Origin: Amphiscolops sp. MND2022
Taxonomy: Eukaryota
NCBI GenBank assembly: GCA_964187785.1
Contig: OZ076413.1
Location: 61,938,001 to 62,002,000 of the forward strand
Length of the DNA stretch: 64,000 nucleotides
Direction: 5' to 3'
The position numbers and the translations under genes were made by a program. The notes below the pieces were generated by a model. That model was not told the origin of the DNA and did not search any database. It saw only the letters and a program-made list of their open reading frames with translations. This document shows, piece by piece, positions 38,592-51,680 of the stretch. The first letter of the stretch is position 1; each line of letters opens with the position of its first letter.

Positions 38592-38820
38592 TGTAACGGC
38601 AAGCAGTCGCCGACGCTTCTCCGTCCACGAAGAAGAAGGAACTCACGACATGGGTATTTTTCCGGGACAGACGCCCATAGCCATGATCCCATTATGCTTC
38701 CTCAGGTGCCGCCGCTGGGGAGCACTTTTCAACTTGTTATAGTCTGTAATTGCTGTCAGTAACGTAAATTAAGCTCTTTCTAATCAAAATCATTGCTTAA
38801 ACAGCTTTTAAAAACGAAGG
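38592..38820 (-). repeat. Inverted 3' fragment of the large-Gypsy LTR
   Basis: Reverse complement reads TTACGTTACTGACAGCAATT...GGGCGTCTGTCCCGGAAAAATACCCAT...CCGTTACA, matching 39500-39739. Confidence 0.8.
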
Positions 38821-39031
38821 CGGTGGTGTCAGAAGTAAATTCCGCTAGATCACAGGAAATTTTTGAACAGTAAGCTAATACATCAAGAGAACACGATGAA
38901 TCAGAGCACTATTGACTTTTCACGGCAATCAGCTAGTTAGCAGGGGGCAAAAGCACCGTAAGCTTGTTTAAGTAGGGAGACCCATTCAAGCAATTATTAC
39001 AATTGGTAGCGTCATGCTAAACAAAAAAGAA

Positions 39032-39739
39032 TGTAACGATCACCCCTCATGGACCAGAAAGTTGCTGAAAAATTCGTTCAACGACGGGACTATGTTGAAA
39101 ATTGCAACTTTACGCATAATTTGACCGTGTCTTTAGTGGAAGACCTGCCCAACGAAATGAAGAGGTCCAAAAGCCTAAGTGCTAGCTGGGAGACCACATA
39201 GAACAACGCGAACAAAAGAAGGATGCAATACAACCCTCAGAAAAAAATTCTTTTCAAACTGTTAATTGCTATTTTTTCACAGTTCAGTGAGCATATCATT
39301 GAGATATGTTGTAACAACGCAAAATGAGTCTTTGTGCGTACGAATGCTTGCGCCTTCCCGCCGACTGTCGTTAGTTAGTCAATTTTTGCTGTAATTAATC
39401 TGATTGTTGTAATGTATAGCTCGTGAGCTACTATTTTGCAATTTCTTGTACTTTCAAGAAATTCATCTTTGGCACCAACTTTTCATGTACGTTTTTAAAG
39501 GCTGCCTAAGCGGTAGTCTCGAAGACAAAGCATCATTCACGTTACTGATAGCAATTAAAGACTGAACCAGCCCGGCGAGTACTCTTTACGAGGCGAAACC
39601 GCCTTTTGACGGGACAGTTTTTGTCCCTGGAGGCAAAATGGACTCATGGTTATGGGCGCCTGTCCCGGGCAAATACCCATACCATGAGTTCCTCCATCTT
39701 CACCGACGGAGGCACGAGTGACGGGAGGTTTCCGTTACA
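39032..39739 (+). repeat. LTR-A (708 bp)
   Basis: TGTAACG...CGTTACA, a 7-bp terminal inverted repeat; the end is confirmed by the inverted fragment at 38592. Confidence 0.88.
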
Positions 39740-40727
39740 TGAAAAATTCCATTTTTTGGCGACTACAGAGGGATCGCCTCAGGGTACTTTCCTTCACGAT
39801 TATTAAAAGACCTGGGCCTCTGGTCCTTGACGCCAAGATCGACCTGACTCTGGTTGGAGATGTTTATGCAGAATTTTTCGTTTGTTTTTAGCGTGTGTGT
39901 GTCATTAAGGGCTTTTATGCCCGGTGTTAAACAGGTTTTCTCAGAAAATATTGGTGTAACTCAGTTGTTCATTAATTTTCTTACAGGTACTTGTGAAAGT
40001 CACCTTAGTCTCAGTAACAGGTCACTATATTTAGGCCCTCCGAGCCTGCAAGAGGCCGTAAATGGTGTTAACAGGTAGTGTTTTTCAGCCTTTTTCAGCT
40101 TTTTCGGCCATGTAAGCGAGTGTTGGAGACAAGGGGAAACTTTCTCGGACGAAATACACAAATGGAAAAATCGAGTGTCTTTGACTCCCCTCTCTCATTT
40201 CTCAAGGAGACGTCCAACAGCAATGAAATTTGGTGGATTCGTAGCACACGTGCTAATGCTTCTAACGAACCCATCAGTGTGTTTCGACTCAACATGGGCG
40301 AGGAAAAATTGTGAAAAGAAGACACGACTCGTCAAACCGGGTTGTGTAGAAATTTCGGGAAGGGTGAAGAAATTTTTTAGATTGCTCAAAACTTTTTGTG
40401 CTATCGTTTCCACGTGATTTTACGAGCCTCTTGAAGTAGTTTGTGTGCCTTTGCACCTGTTTTGTAGCGAAAAAGAGCGTTTTTATGTGTGTAGAACAGG
40501 CAAAAAACTGTTTTTTGGCAGTTAGGGGCCTAACACCTACACCAGCGCACGCGCTCTTGGTGTGAGCCACAAGCCCTGCAAGAACTAAATGAAAGTAGCT
40601 CACAACCTCTACGGGTTCAACAAAGACCGTTATGGTTTTCAAAGCTGCCGTTCGAGCATTTTGTTAAACCATTTTGTGAGGAAAAAACCCTGTTTTGTTG
40701 GTGAAATTGACTTAACCGCAGTAGAAC

Positions 40728-41426
40728 TTGCTTTGGAACATGAACAATCTTAGCGCAATTTCTGATGCTACCTCAGACCCAAGGGAGGAAGACTGGCCCA
40801 CTGAAGGCAGTTTCAAGCTCGCTTCCGATTTTTCAGACTCGATGTTCGATCACGTATCCGATGAGTATCAATCTAAGGAAATTGTGAAAGCGACAGGGGA
40901 CACCTCGGATGACTCTGATAGCCGGGCCCACACAACTCAATGGTTGAGGCAGTTGCCCCAGAGCTTCACACCCGCGGCGAATATCAGGGACACGATGAAA
41001 GAATGGCCTAATTCCAATAGAGCACAGAGCGAACGAGGAACCGGTTGTTCTAAAACGCAAAACGAAACTGGAATGCTAGACACCGCCAGCAGATTGATCT
41101 TTGACACTACAGAAGAGATGAAACAAATGTCCTTTGGGGTGGAATGGAGTATGCCCGTCATCGATTACAAGAAGCCACGGCTTCCCGATTGTCTGGCAAG
41201 GGCCGCCAAGTTAGGCTTCCAGCAGTACCCGCGGCACTGGCACAAACTACAGCCACTGGCCCGCGTGGGGAATCGAGATCGACCTCGCCCGAATCAAGAG
41301 CATCCAGAGCAACGTCAGGCAGATCCTCTGCGTACAGAGCAGTGCAGGAGGCTGCAATGGCCCGTAAACACTTTTGGAAGCACAAACCGATGCGAGGCAA
41401 GCCATGACAAAGTTAGCCGAGAGTAA
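40728..41426 (+). pseudogene. Putative Gag N-terminal region of copy 1
   Basis: 232-aa ORF located directly after the leader; no diagnostic motif, so the call is positional. Confidence 0.45.
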
Positions 41427-42289
41427 GGCGGAATGTAGCCGTGAACATCACACCATCACGACTGAGATGGAAGCGGTGCAAGATGAATTACGTAAAACAA
41501 CAGAAAAAAACCTTTAAAATCAAGAGATGCATGTGGGAAAAAGAGACGGACACCCAGGAACCGTTGTTAAACTTGTGGCCTGTGTCTCTTGCAAATAAAC
41601 ACTGCATGCCCAACTAAAACCCGGGGATTCCACCCCCCCCCCCAAAGACATCACCCACGACATTGATTGCCGACTAATTATTCGTGCCAAGAAGACCTAC
41701 ACGGGTCTTGAACGACAAGCAAATTACCCCCTGAACACATTCTATTTGAAATGTCGAAATGCGAGGTGGCTCAAGCTCCCTGCCCTCGCTTCAAAAAAAG
41801 GACCCACGGTGGCAAAGGACTCAAGTTTACACTAGCGTTAACGGTTCCGCCCATGCCCCCTAACATTGTTTTCGGTTCATTCAACTTCGAGCGCGAACCT
41901 ATCTAAATGGCTGCCCAACCCCACACTGGTGCTTGATGGTTACTGCCGCACGGTCAAGCGACTTGGTAGTACCAGAGACACTTCGCAGCTCTGAAGTACG
42001 TGTCCATCGCTCGTGTTGCGCACTTGCCCGAAGCGTCCTAATTTTTGTTCTCGTAAAATTTTCTTTACTTGCTTTTCATATCTTTTATGTGCTTTTCACC
42101 TTTTATCTCTGATTATTTTCTCAAAACCCCTAGCCTTTGGATTTGGTTACGACCATCATGGCGATTTTTCAGAGAGTCTCGAAAATATCATAGAGAATAC
42201 CAATCGCCAGAACAATCAAACACCAGGCAACAATTCTCAAGCAATGGACAACGGGTGACTGCACAAGTGCAGCCAGCGTGTCTCATAAA

Positions 42290-44294
42290 TATAGCTTATT
42301 ACCACCAACCTCGGTGACGGAATATCCCCTGCAATGGTCACTGGCTTGGCTGCCGTCCTAGCTCAAGTGTAGTCTCAAGAGCATGTTTCCATACTTTCTG
42401 TTTCGATCACTGCCTCTAATCCAGTTCATCGAAGATCCATGTCCTTCAGTAATGGTGTGTGGTCCGGACATGACTTAACCCACCACTTTTACGACGACCG
42501 CTCATCCCTTTTTTACGGATGGATTGCACGGAACAAGATCAAAGCCTGCAGCTGCACAGTCATCCACTGCCAACACTACGCCAGCCTAGTCCTCCGCGTG
42601 TCCCTGAGCCCACGGGCTCAAGTCCGCGCCCATCAGTCCCCACGTTCCCTGACTTATCTTTTGCTTCACCTTCTGAACAAACCGTGCTCACAGCCATGCT
42701 GGCTATTGCCAATAATGTCAACTGTGCGACTTTATACAACTCATGCAACGCTGGCCCACTTTGTCCAACTTGCTTCTACCGCATAACAAGCAACTCGTGA
42801 GCCATTCGCCTCCACAACAACGATTGGATCAACCAAGCACGTATGCCCTACCGCCGAATCATCAAGATCAACTCAGCACTTCGGCCTTTCATCCTATCTC
42901 AAATGACAAGCCAAGCATATCAGCGCCTCTGTAACAGTTGGACGTGGATCAGCCCCAACCCCCACAACGTGACTAGGACCTTGATGAATCCCGATTGTCC
43001 TCTAAAAAACGAAGCGACCACTCTCCTTCTTCGTGCTCGCAAACGTCACTGATTTCTACTGGCACGAAAACTAAGAGCCCATCCATCAAGCCGCCCCTGA
43101 TAAAAAGTCGACGGCGCGAACGGCGACGAAAGCCCCGGTGTCAAAACTGAACAAATTAAAGTCTGTGGTGTCGCGAGCATCCGTGCTGTCATCACCGCCA
43201 CCGCCGACACCTAATACTATTGGATCTAAAGGGAAACCCGAGAAACAGTTGACGGTAGAAGAGACTCTAAAAAAGTATCCCACAGACCACATAAAGATCG
43301 TCAACAGTGGCCTTACGGGTAACCCTTTAAGAAATCAGTCAATACCCTCGCCCGGAGAAACCACACGATACAAGGTAGCACCATTTCGTCCACCGCCGAA
43401 GGACACGCAGGGTTCATTAGTAACTCAGGACGCGAGGCGAGTTTGGGAGACCGCCGAACAGGTATTGGAAGAATGACACATAGCGGACGAGCTGCGCCCC
43501 TAGATGACGAGACCCAAAATGAAATCAAGCAGCTAAATACGACAGTGTTCATGAGCCGATTGCTGAGACCACATGAACACCAGATGCAGGAACCCAAATG
43601 GTTGACTCGGGCGGTGAACTTGCTGCCCTCTGTTGAAGACAACTACCTGGAGCCGTTGCCTTTGGATCCCCGGGATCAATGTATTGCTCGATCTCAGTTG
43701 GTAGAGGTAAAAACGTTCGAGATCAACAAGAGATACGCAGGCGATTTGGAGGCTCAAATACCTATGCCGAAAGATATGCTACAGCGCACGCGCTATGCCC
43801 TCCTAATTGACTCCACTTTTTCAAAGAACGTGCCCATCGGCAATGTTCCACCCGATGTGATTGAAGTATTGGTGACGATGTCTGATCCAACGATGAGGGG
43901 AACTTATAAAGAGCCACCACCCAAGGGAGTCATCATCTACAATGTGTTTGACCACATGACTTGCGAAAACTTTCTTTTGAAAACAGCCGCAACAGAACAC
44001 GTCGATCCAACCCGAGAAATGCGCACACAACTGATGGAATCGGTAAGGAAAATGGCCACGGCCATGAAGAAGACACAGCGAATTCTGTTGAAAAAGCTGA
44101 ATGTGCCGGAGTTCTTCGTCGCCCCACCAGGATTCAATCTCTGGCCGCCAGAATTGAGACAAATATTAAACCCGATGACAGAAGTTTGCCAGTATCGAGG
44201 AGTGGACTTTGCCATCTACGCACCAAACATACGAATGGACGGCAATGACCTACGCCCTACATGGTTGTCGCAAATGGGCGCCAAAGATCGGTAG
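42290..44294 (+). pseudogene. Accessory ORF-B of copy 1 (SGNH-like domain at ~43790-44290), truncated
   Basis: Protein-level homology to 54250-56450: NGV(W/L)SGHDLTHHF.DDR, LVT.DARR.WE.A, RYALLIDS, LRP.WLS.MG. Confidence 0.7.
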
Positions 44295-45059
44295 CATTGT
44301 GAAGACTAAAGCCGCAAGAAAAACTCGAAACTTGTGCCAAATACAAATGCAAAATGAAAGGCCCGAGTAAGGAAAGCTCAAGGGCTTTGTCTGCTTGACC
44401 TGGCCCATTTCAAACATTGTAGAAGCTTCAGGCAATTTCTAAGAAAACATGGTCAGATCCACTACACATTGAATGTGCAATTTTAGTTTACATTTCGTAC
44501 CGGTGTTGAGCATTGCTTGTATTTACCTGGTGCTTTTCGCTATTTTTGTTTTAGTTTCGATTCGTACAGCTATTGATTTGAACAAAAGGAACAAGAAGAA
44601 CAATGAAATGAAAGAAGGAACAAAAAAAAGAAAAGAACTCCTTTTCCCTAAATCGCAAGGTATAGTTGAGAGTTAGCTCTGCGATAAAAAAGTTTTTAAA
44701 CAGGAACAAGCTTGGAGTTCTTATCGCCGCTACCTAGTAGAGAAGTAGTGCGAAGCTCAAGAGCTTCGGGAAAGAAAAAATTCAAACCTCTCCTGTGACT
44801 GACCACGGCCACAAAAAAATATTTTCAATGGAACGGCAAAAAAACACGATGCAGCCATATGAACACAGCCGAAAAGAAATTTTCTACTGGCATCGTCTTT
44901 GACTTCTTCAGTTTAGCTCACGAAAAATAATGGTGTTATCGATCTATTGATGAGAAGATGCAGATAAACGATTTCCATGACGACGGCATACTAGAAGTAG
45001 CGCCCGACACAACGGCCTACGCTTGACGAGGACGCCAAGCAATAAAAACCCGGGGAGTA

Positions 45060-45780
45060 TGTAGCGATCACCCCTCATGGACCAGAAAGTTGCTGAAAAA
45101 TTCGTTCAACGACGGGCCTTTAATGAAATATGCAACTTTACGCATAATTTGACCGTGTCTTTATTCGAAAACTGCCCAACAAATTGTAGAGGTCCAAAAA
45201 CACAAGTGCTAGCTTTGAGAACCATATAACAACGCGAACGAAATAAAGCTGAAATACAACCCTCTGAAAAAGGACACTTTTTTCAAACTGGTCATTGCTA
45301 TTTTCTGACAGTTCAGTGATCATATCATTACAATATGTTGTGACAACGCAGAATGAGTCTCCCTTCGTAAGAAAACCTACGGTGCTCGCGTCCCCCCGTA
45401 GATTGTCGTTAGTTAGTCAATTTATGCTGTAATTATTCTGATTGTTGTAATGAATAGCTCGTGAGCTACTATTTTGCAATTTCCTGTACTTTGAAGAAAT
45501 TCATCTTTGGAACCAACTTTTATGTACGTTTTTGAAGGCTGTCTAAGTGGTAGTTTCGAAAACAAAACGGAATTTACGTTACTGATAGCAATTAAAGACT
45601 GGATCAGCCCAGCGAGTACTCTTTACGAAGCGAGACCGCCTTCTGACGGGGCAGTTTTTATCCCTGGAGGCAAAATGGACTCATGGTCATGGGCGCCTGT
45701 CACGGGCAAATACCCATACCATGAGTTCCTCCATCTTCACCGACGGAAGCACAAGTTTATATTCGCACTCCGTCTTGACA
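45060..45780 (+). repeat. LTR-B
   Basis: TGTAGCGATCACCCCTC start after the PPT; colinear with LTR-A, roughly 80-85% identical by eye; last ~25 bp divergent. Confidence 0.85.
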
Positions 45781-45849
45781 AGATTAGCAATTTGCTAATT
45801 CAGTGTTTTTAGCTAGAAAATGGCGTACTTTCAATCTCCCTTTTTGGGT

Positions 45850-47000
45850 TTGCTCCGTGGCTGTAATTCTCTATTTTACAGGTATTTTTATTTTCGACCA
45901 CCCGCGGCCAACGAAGAAGCGCCCATTTCACCGGTGGAACTCAGATTAACTGAGGCGATATCCAAGGCCATGTCCAAGGAAGTTGCACCGTTGATTGCCA
46001 ATCGGGACTTGACGAGGGCCCGACATACGGTATACAAGGGCACCAAGGATGGTACAGTCGATGGTTGGCTTCCTGTGATGAAGCGATTTCTAGAAAGGGT
46101 GCACGCCAAGTGGACAAAGATCGACAAAGCAAGGGCTATCATCGACCGTTTGGAGGGAGAGGCAAGAAACTTCATTATCAACAAATGCGAACCCGAACGA
46201 GATTAACCAGATAAATTCTTCACCCTCATGGCTTGGGACGGGTGGCAATCGCAAGCATGTCCAACAAACCTTTATGTCCCGCGCCCAACAAGAAAAAGAA
46301 TACTGGATGCAGTTCCTGGATGTCCTGGAAGGCTTGCGCATCCACGGCTTCCCGGATGAGCTCATCACTGTGCGTCGTTATGAAATCCTGCAACGTTTCA
46401 TAGATGGAGTCAGCGATCCAACGCTACGACAAGAACTGACTGTGGTATACGCCGTAGGAAGCTATCTGACTAATCCACCTACGGTAGAATCATTGAGGTT
46501 TACAACGCGACAACTTCAACGACATCGACGAACGGCATCGAAACCTTATGACCACATGTATGCTATGAGATCAAGGCCCCATCTTTTCCTGTCAGAAAAA
46601 ATGGTCCATCCGGCACCAGGCTTGCCACAGAACATGCTGCCTCCAAACCCGGGACAGCGAGAGGCAAAGCCCCAAATGGCTCCACCAGGTCCGGCATCGG
46701 TAAAGCAGTCGCCCTCGCCGCAGCAACCAGCAAGAGTGATTCCCCAAGGAGCGTGTTTCAACTGTGTATTGCCCGGTCACATTGCACGAGAATGCCCAAA
46801 CAGAGATCAAGCAAGGAAACCGGTAGCTCGTGCTGTGCCTGACGACCGAGTGAATCTTTGTGAGAGCAATGTGGCTTCTGCATGTTCAGGCCCTCTATTC
46901 TGTGTCAATTGTGGCATGACCGAACATTCAGCATCGCAATGCCAGAACGTTTCAGTGCGAGAGGATTTGGCCTACAGCCTCTGGGCTGAACAACCACCTG
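45850..47000 (+). pseudogene. gag: gag with two CCHC zinc knuckles, 5'-truncated
   Basis: YKGTKDGTVDGWL capsid-like segment; CFNCVLPGHIAREC (~46750) and CVNCGMTEHSASQC (~46890). Confidence 0.88.
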
Positions 47001-47399
47001 CTCCTCAGACGCTAAGTGACAGCGAGATGGTTTTTATGTTGCGCCCAGCTGAAGTGGCTCATGTGACAACGCCCCTGACAATCACATGTGGTAAAATCCA
47101 AGTCCAAACAAGCCCGGAACCTACCACGTTTAACCTTTCTGGACGAACAATGATGTCAGTTCGACTATTGCTAGCGATTGAAAGAAAAACGCGCCCCGAG
47201 CATACCATCGATACCTTGATTGACAAGATTATCGCGAACGAGAACTGCCGGCAGTTGACCCTGCGCCAATCCGAGGAGTGGCAAGTGAAAGGAGTTACCT
47301 CGACGTACCACGCCTACTCTCCTATTCCAGTCAGAGTTTGTATAGATGGTGTTGACATGTGCTTCGAGGCAACGGTAATAACTGATGCATTCCCTCTGG

Positions 47400-50300
47400 A
47401 ATCTGCTTGGGAACGCAAGAGTTGCGTTGCTACAACATCGATACTCAAGAACCATCGGGTGAAGCGAGGATTGATGAGCGCGCGTCGCTCGTGGTATCAT
47501 TCGTGGTTCCAGACGCTGCTCAAGTGTTAATGCGTGGATTGGTAGATACTGCCTCGACAGTGTTAATTCTGCCCTTTTCTGCCAACAATCGACTAGCGGT
47601 GCACACTGGCACTATCCTTCGTCCATATGGTGTCGACCTATAAGCAGCAAATGGAAAGACTATCAAGACTTTTGGCCTCGCCGAGAAGGTCAATTTCCAG
47701 TTGGGAGGCTACGAGTTAGATACAAATTTTGTGGTTGTGGATGATGCCATGGGAGTAGAACACTTCCTCATAGGTAGGAACTTTCTGAGGGCCTACCAAG
47801 TCTTAGTGGACCTGACAGCGATGAAGGGCATCATCCGGGCCCCTCCGAACCCGTTTGGTATCATACGCACGCGCAGGTAAGTAGCGAGTAACCTAAAACC
47901 TCGGTGGCGATAGCACAGGACGTCGTCTTGCAGCCTTTTGAATGCGCCATTTTGCGTGCGAAATTGCTAGTAGACAACTTAGAACCTCTCTTGTTTCGAA
48001 CCGTGTTGATCAATTTCCAAATACCCAATCGCATGTTGAAAAATTCCATATTTTTAGAAGACACCGTGGCGACCGTGGGGGAGACAGGTTTCCTCTACGT
48101 CGGTTTAGGAGGATTGATCAGCAACGTGCAGCGGATAAAGAAGGGGACCCTTTTTGGAACCGCAGTTCCCGTGACGATGGTCCACAAGGCCATACCCCAA
48201 GTTGTCCCCGGACAAGAAACTGTATCTCAGCAGTCAAAGGCAAATTATGTTCAAAAAGAATACGAACAGATGAATATTAATTCTGAATATAGCTCTTCAT
48301 CTGAGTTTAAATTTTTGTCCCTTACCAACCCGTCAGAACTCGGTTTGTCGGAACGCGAAATAAAAAAACGCACCGATCCGGCGCTAATGGCCCCAATCCC
48401 GGGCCCCGAAGCACAACTCAACAAAGTGCGCTGTTTGTTGTGGGGTTCGGCTGCCAGTGACACGCTTAATGAGCTTTTGAACGAATTTGATGATCTTTTC
48501 ATGAAAAACAAGGCCAACATCGGCAAATGTAAAATCGTCATGCACCCGGTGAAAGTAGAGCCAGGCGCTGTACCCCACCGCGAAGGTGCACAAAGGATGT
48601 CAGGCAAAGCAGAGCGTGCCAATCAAGCAATTCGTCACCTACTGGCGCTGGGAATGATACAGCATTCTCTTTTCCAAGGGCAAGTGGTATTGTTATGGTC
48701 AAAAAGAAAAATGGTGAGCTGCGATTTTGTTGTGACTTTCGACCACTTAGTGAGGTGACCATTAAAGACGCTCATCCACTGCCGCGCATCGACGAAAGTT
48801 TTTCACGATTGGGTAAAGCAAAGATCTACACAAGCATCGATTTGGCCTGGGCATTCTGGCAAATTCCTGTCCGGAAAGCCGATCGTCAGAAAACTGCCTT
48901 CGCTTGTGAACTTGGACTATTTGAGGTGCGTCGCATGCCCTTTGGTATGTGCAATGCTTCGGCAACGTTTCAACGGGCGACAGCGCGAGCGCTACAAAGA
49001 ATTGTGAATTGCAAGGGGAGCATGGTAATGGCATACATTGATGACATTGTGATTGCTACTGAAACCATTGAAGATCATATGGACAGCCTGTGTGAAGTAT
49101 TCCATTGCCTACGTTAGGCAGGTTTCAAGATGAGAGTCTCCAAATGCGATTTCATGAAGTCTGAAATCAAATATTTGGGTCGAGTAGTTTCCGCAGATGG
49201 TATCAAGCCAGATCCGAAAGCTCTCAGCGAGCTGAGAGATTGGGATATCCCACGAACCAAAACAGAGCTACAGAGCTTTCTGGCTTCTGCCAATTAATAT
49301 CGCGACTTTATCCCTTGGCATGCGAAACTCGTAGCGCGCTACATGCAATCACCGTCACGGGCTCTTCATTTCTGTAGGGGGAGGAGCAGCAACGAGCTTT
49401 CAACAGCATCAACGTGGCGTAAATGGAAGCCACAGCCTTGGCACAACCAGACACCGAAGGAGAATTGAGAATTTGTCCTAGACACTGATGCCAGTGGCGT
49501 AGCCATTTCGGGTATTCTCCACCAGTGGCAAAGGCCACCTGAAAGTCGAAAGCTGCGACCGATTGTGTTTGGAAGTAAAAAATTGACTCCCACACAGGCC
49601 AAATACGGAGCCCCAAAGTTGGAAGTGTAGGCCGCGTACTTTTTTATCTTGACGAACCACAGCTATTTTTTTCCGCCAAGTTTACATTGAGAGTGGACAA
49701 TCAAGCACTTTCAGGGTTGAAGAAGTATTCAACGGACCAAGCGTTCATCGGCCGATGGATCATGGCTCTGGAGAAATGTCACTTCAGCATCGAGCATCGA
49801 CCCAGAACACAACATCGAAATACCGATGGTCTCAGCAAGAGAACCAACGATTACAAAAACAGGAAAGACAACTGAAAGGTCTTGCCTGCCCCCAACCGCC
49901 GAGAAATGTATTTCCTGTCCCAAGAAGAGTACGACAAGCTCCCAATGGCCCCATGGTTCGACGTCCATGGAAGAGGGATACCGGATCACCCCAATTTGCC
50001 TGTCCACCTACAGAAACTGACTAAACAGCCTCCACCTGGAACAACGGTAGCTGCCCCCGCGCAAAAGAACAAGCGAGGTAAGCAAAGTGCGATGATGCGC
50101 GACAAAGCGATGAGGGCTCCCCTGCCAACACTACCAACACCAAAATTGGCAATGCCTGCCGATCGATATCCAGAATATCCCCAAGATTGGTTGGAGAACA
50201 TGAGAAAGCTTACCTTTTACCCACACATGCTGCCGATGTGCCATCGAGAACCACCTACCCACTGATTGGGGAGGAGAAACAAGCCACTAACACAGCGCCG

Positions 50301-51680
50301 GAATACGTGAAACAAATAGCCTTCATGGTCAACAGTGTATCCGTGGAACTCCACGAACACTCTAAAACAGTTCATGGTTTGAAGGACTTATTGCTAGCGC
50401 AAATCGTCATTTCCATGTTTTGGCCATCAAGAAACTGGTGATGCAGGAGTCAATCGACCATGACATCTTTCCTGAAAACGTGCGTGCATTCGCCAAAAAC
50501 TATTACAAGCAGAAGAAGAACCTTCTGTTGATCAAAATCACAGGAGTGCTGTGCGTCAAGTATCCCAAGAGTCAAAGAGCACTGCATGAGCGTCCATGCA
50601 TAATCATGATGCCGCAGATGTATCAACACGAAATACTGTTCAAAGGTCATGATGCAATGGGGCACCGAGGCATTGCAAAGGTTCTAGCGAGAATACAGCA
50701 GCGCCACACCTGGCCAGGTATACGCCGAACTATTGGGCAGTATGTTAGCTAGTGTATAACGTGCCAGCAAGTGCGCGACAAGCCCGGTTACGTGCAATTT
50801 CACCTAAAGAACATTCAGACTGGTTATTTCAATGAGTTGGTGCAATATGACCACTTGAAAATTTGTGCATCTGATGATGGAAACACTGGGATAATGGTTA
50901 TCATTGACCATTTTTCAAAATTTGCAGATGAAGTGCCATGCAGCCATTATGAATACGATGCAGTAACCAACTCTAAGCTGCTATTGCAAACGTGGTTTAC
51001 CCGACACCGCACGCCAACAAGAATGCAATCAGATAACGCGCCCAACCTCACTGTAGAAGTATCTACCGAGTTCATGAAGGCGTCACAATTAACCAAAGTG
51101 ACCTCAACCAGTGGCCACCCAGGACCCAAGGGCTAGTGGAACGCCAAAACCGGACACTGCTGACCCTACTACGTGTGTTTTGTTCTCGACGAATGCGAGA
51201 CTGTGATCAGTTTTCAGACGAAGTGATGGGTGCGTATAACTCTACGCGCCATGCCACCACTAGATTTTCTCCTTATATGCTAACCAGAGGTTTCGAGAAA
51301 GCGATACCACTCACCTTTTCGTACCCTGAATTCGCCACTCAGTCATTTGAGTCACATGAGGCATATGTGGATCACGTCTTGGCCCGACAACAAGAAATTC
51401 ATGACTTCGTCCGACGCAACACCCTCCAAGCCCAACAACGACAGAAACACAAATACGATCGAGCTATTCGTGCCAAGGCATACGAGGTCGGTGAACCAGT
51501 GTGGGTATTCTGTCGATATATTCCACTGGAAGGTTCCCCAATTTGATGAGACTATGGCACGGTCCCCACAAAGTAGCACAAGTGCTACATGAAGGACGTG
51601 TTTACATGCTCGATACGGGTCAGAAGGTGCTCTCTGAGCGGCTAAAACCGCACCATGGTGGGCCGACAGAATGAGCCGCA
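47400..51680 (+). pseudogene. pol: pol (protease, RT, RNase H, integrase), disrupted
   Basis: GLVDTA protease motif (DTA at 47545-47553); LPRID, IDLAWAFWQI, MPFGMCNA and YIDD (49034-49045) in RT; DTDASG RNase H; HDAMGH...C-x2-C integrase zinc finger; MQSDNAP core; WHGPHKV GPY/F motif. Confidence 0.95.

Larger units (their letters stand above)
39032..45780 (+). mobile_element. Large Gypsy element, copy 1 (internally deleted, lacks pol)
   Basis: LTR-A 39032-39739; putative PBS TGGCGACTAC at 39757; ~1-kb leader; gag-like 5' ORF; jump to post-integrase sequence near 41530; accessory ORF; PPT-like AAAAACCCGGGGAG (45044-45057); LTR-B from 45060. Confidence 0.8.

Noticed and set aside
39028-45784. 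TSD for large-Gypsy copy 1 (AGAA versus AGAT)
   Set aside because: Only 3 of 4 bases match in A-rich sequence and the LTR-B end is uncertain.
47880-48200. dUTPase between protease and RT
   Set aside because: Position and beta-rich character are suggestive, but the conserved dUTPase motifs are not visible.
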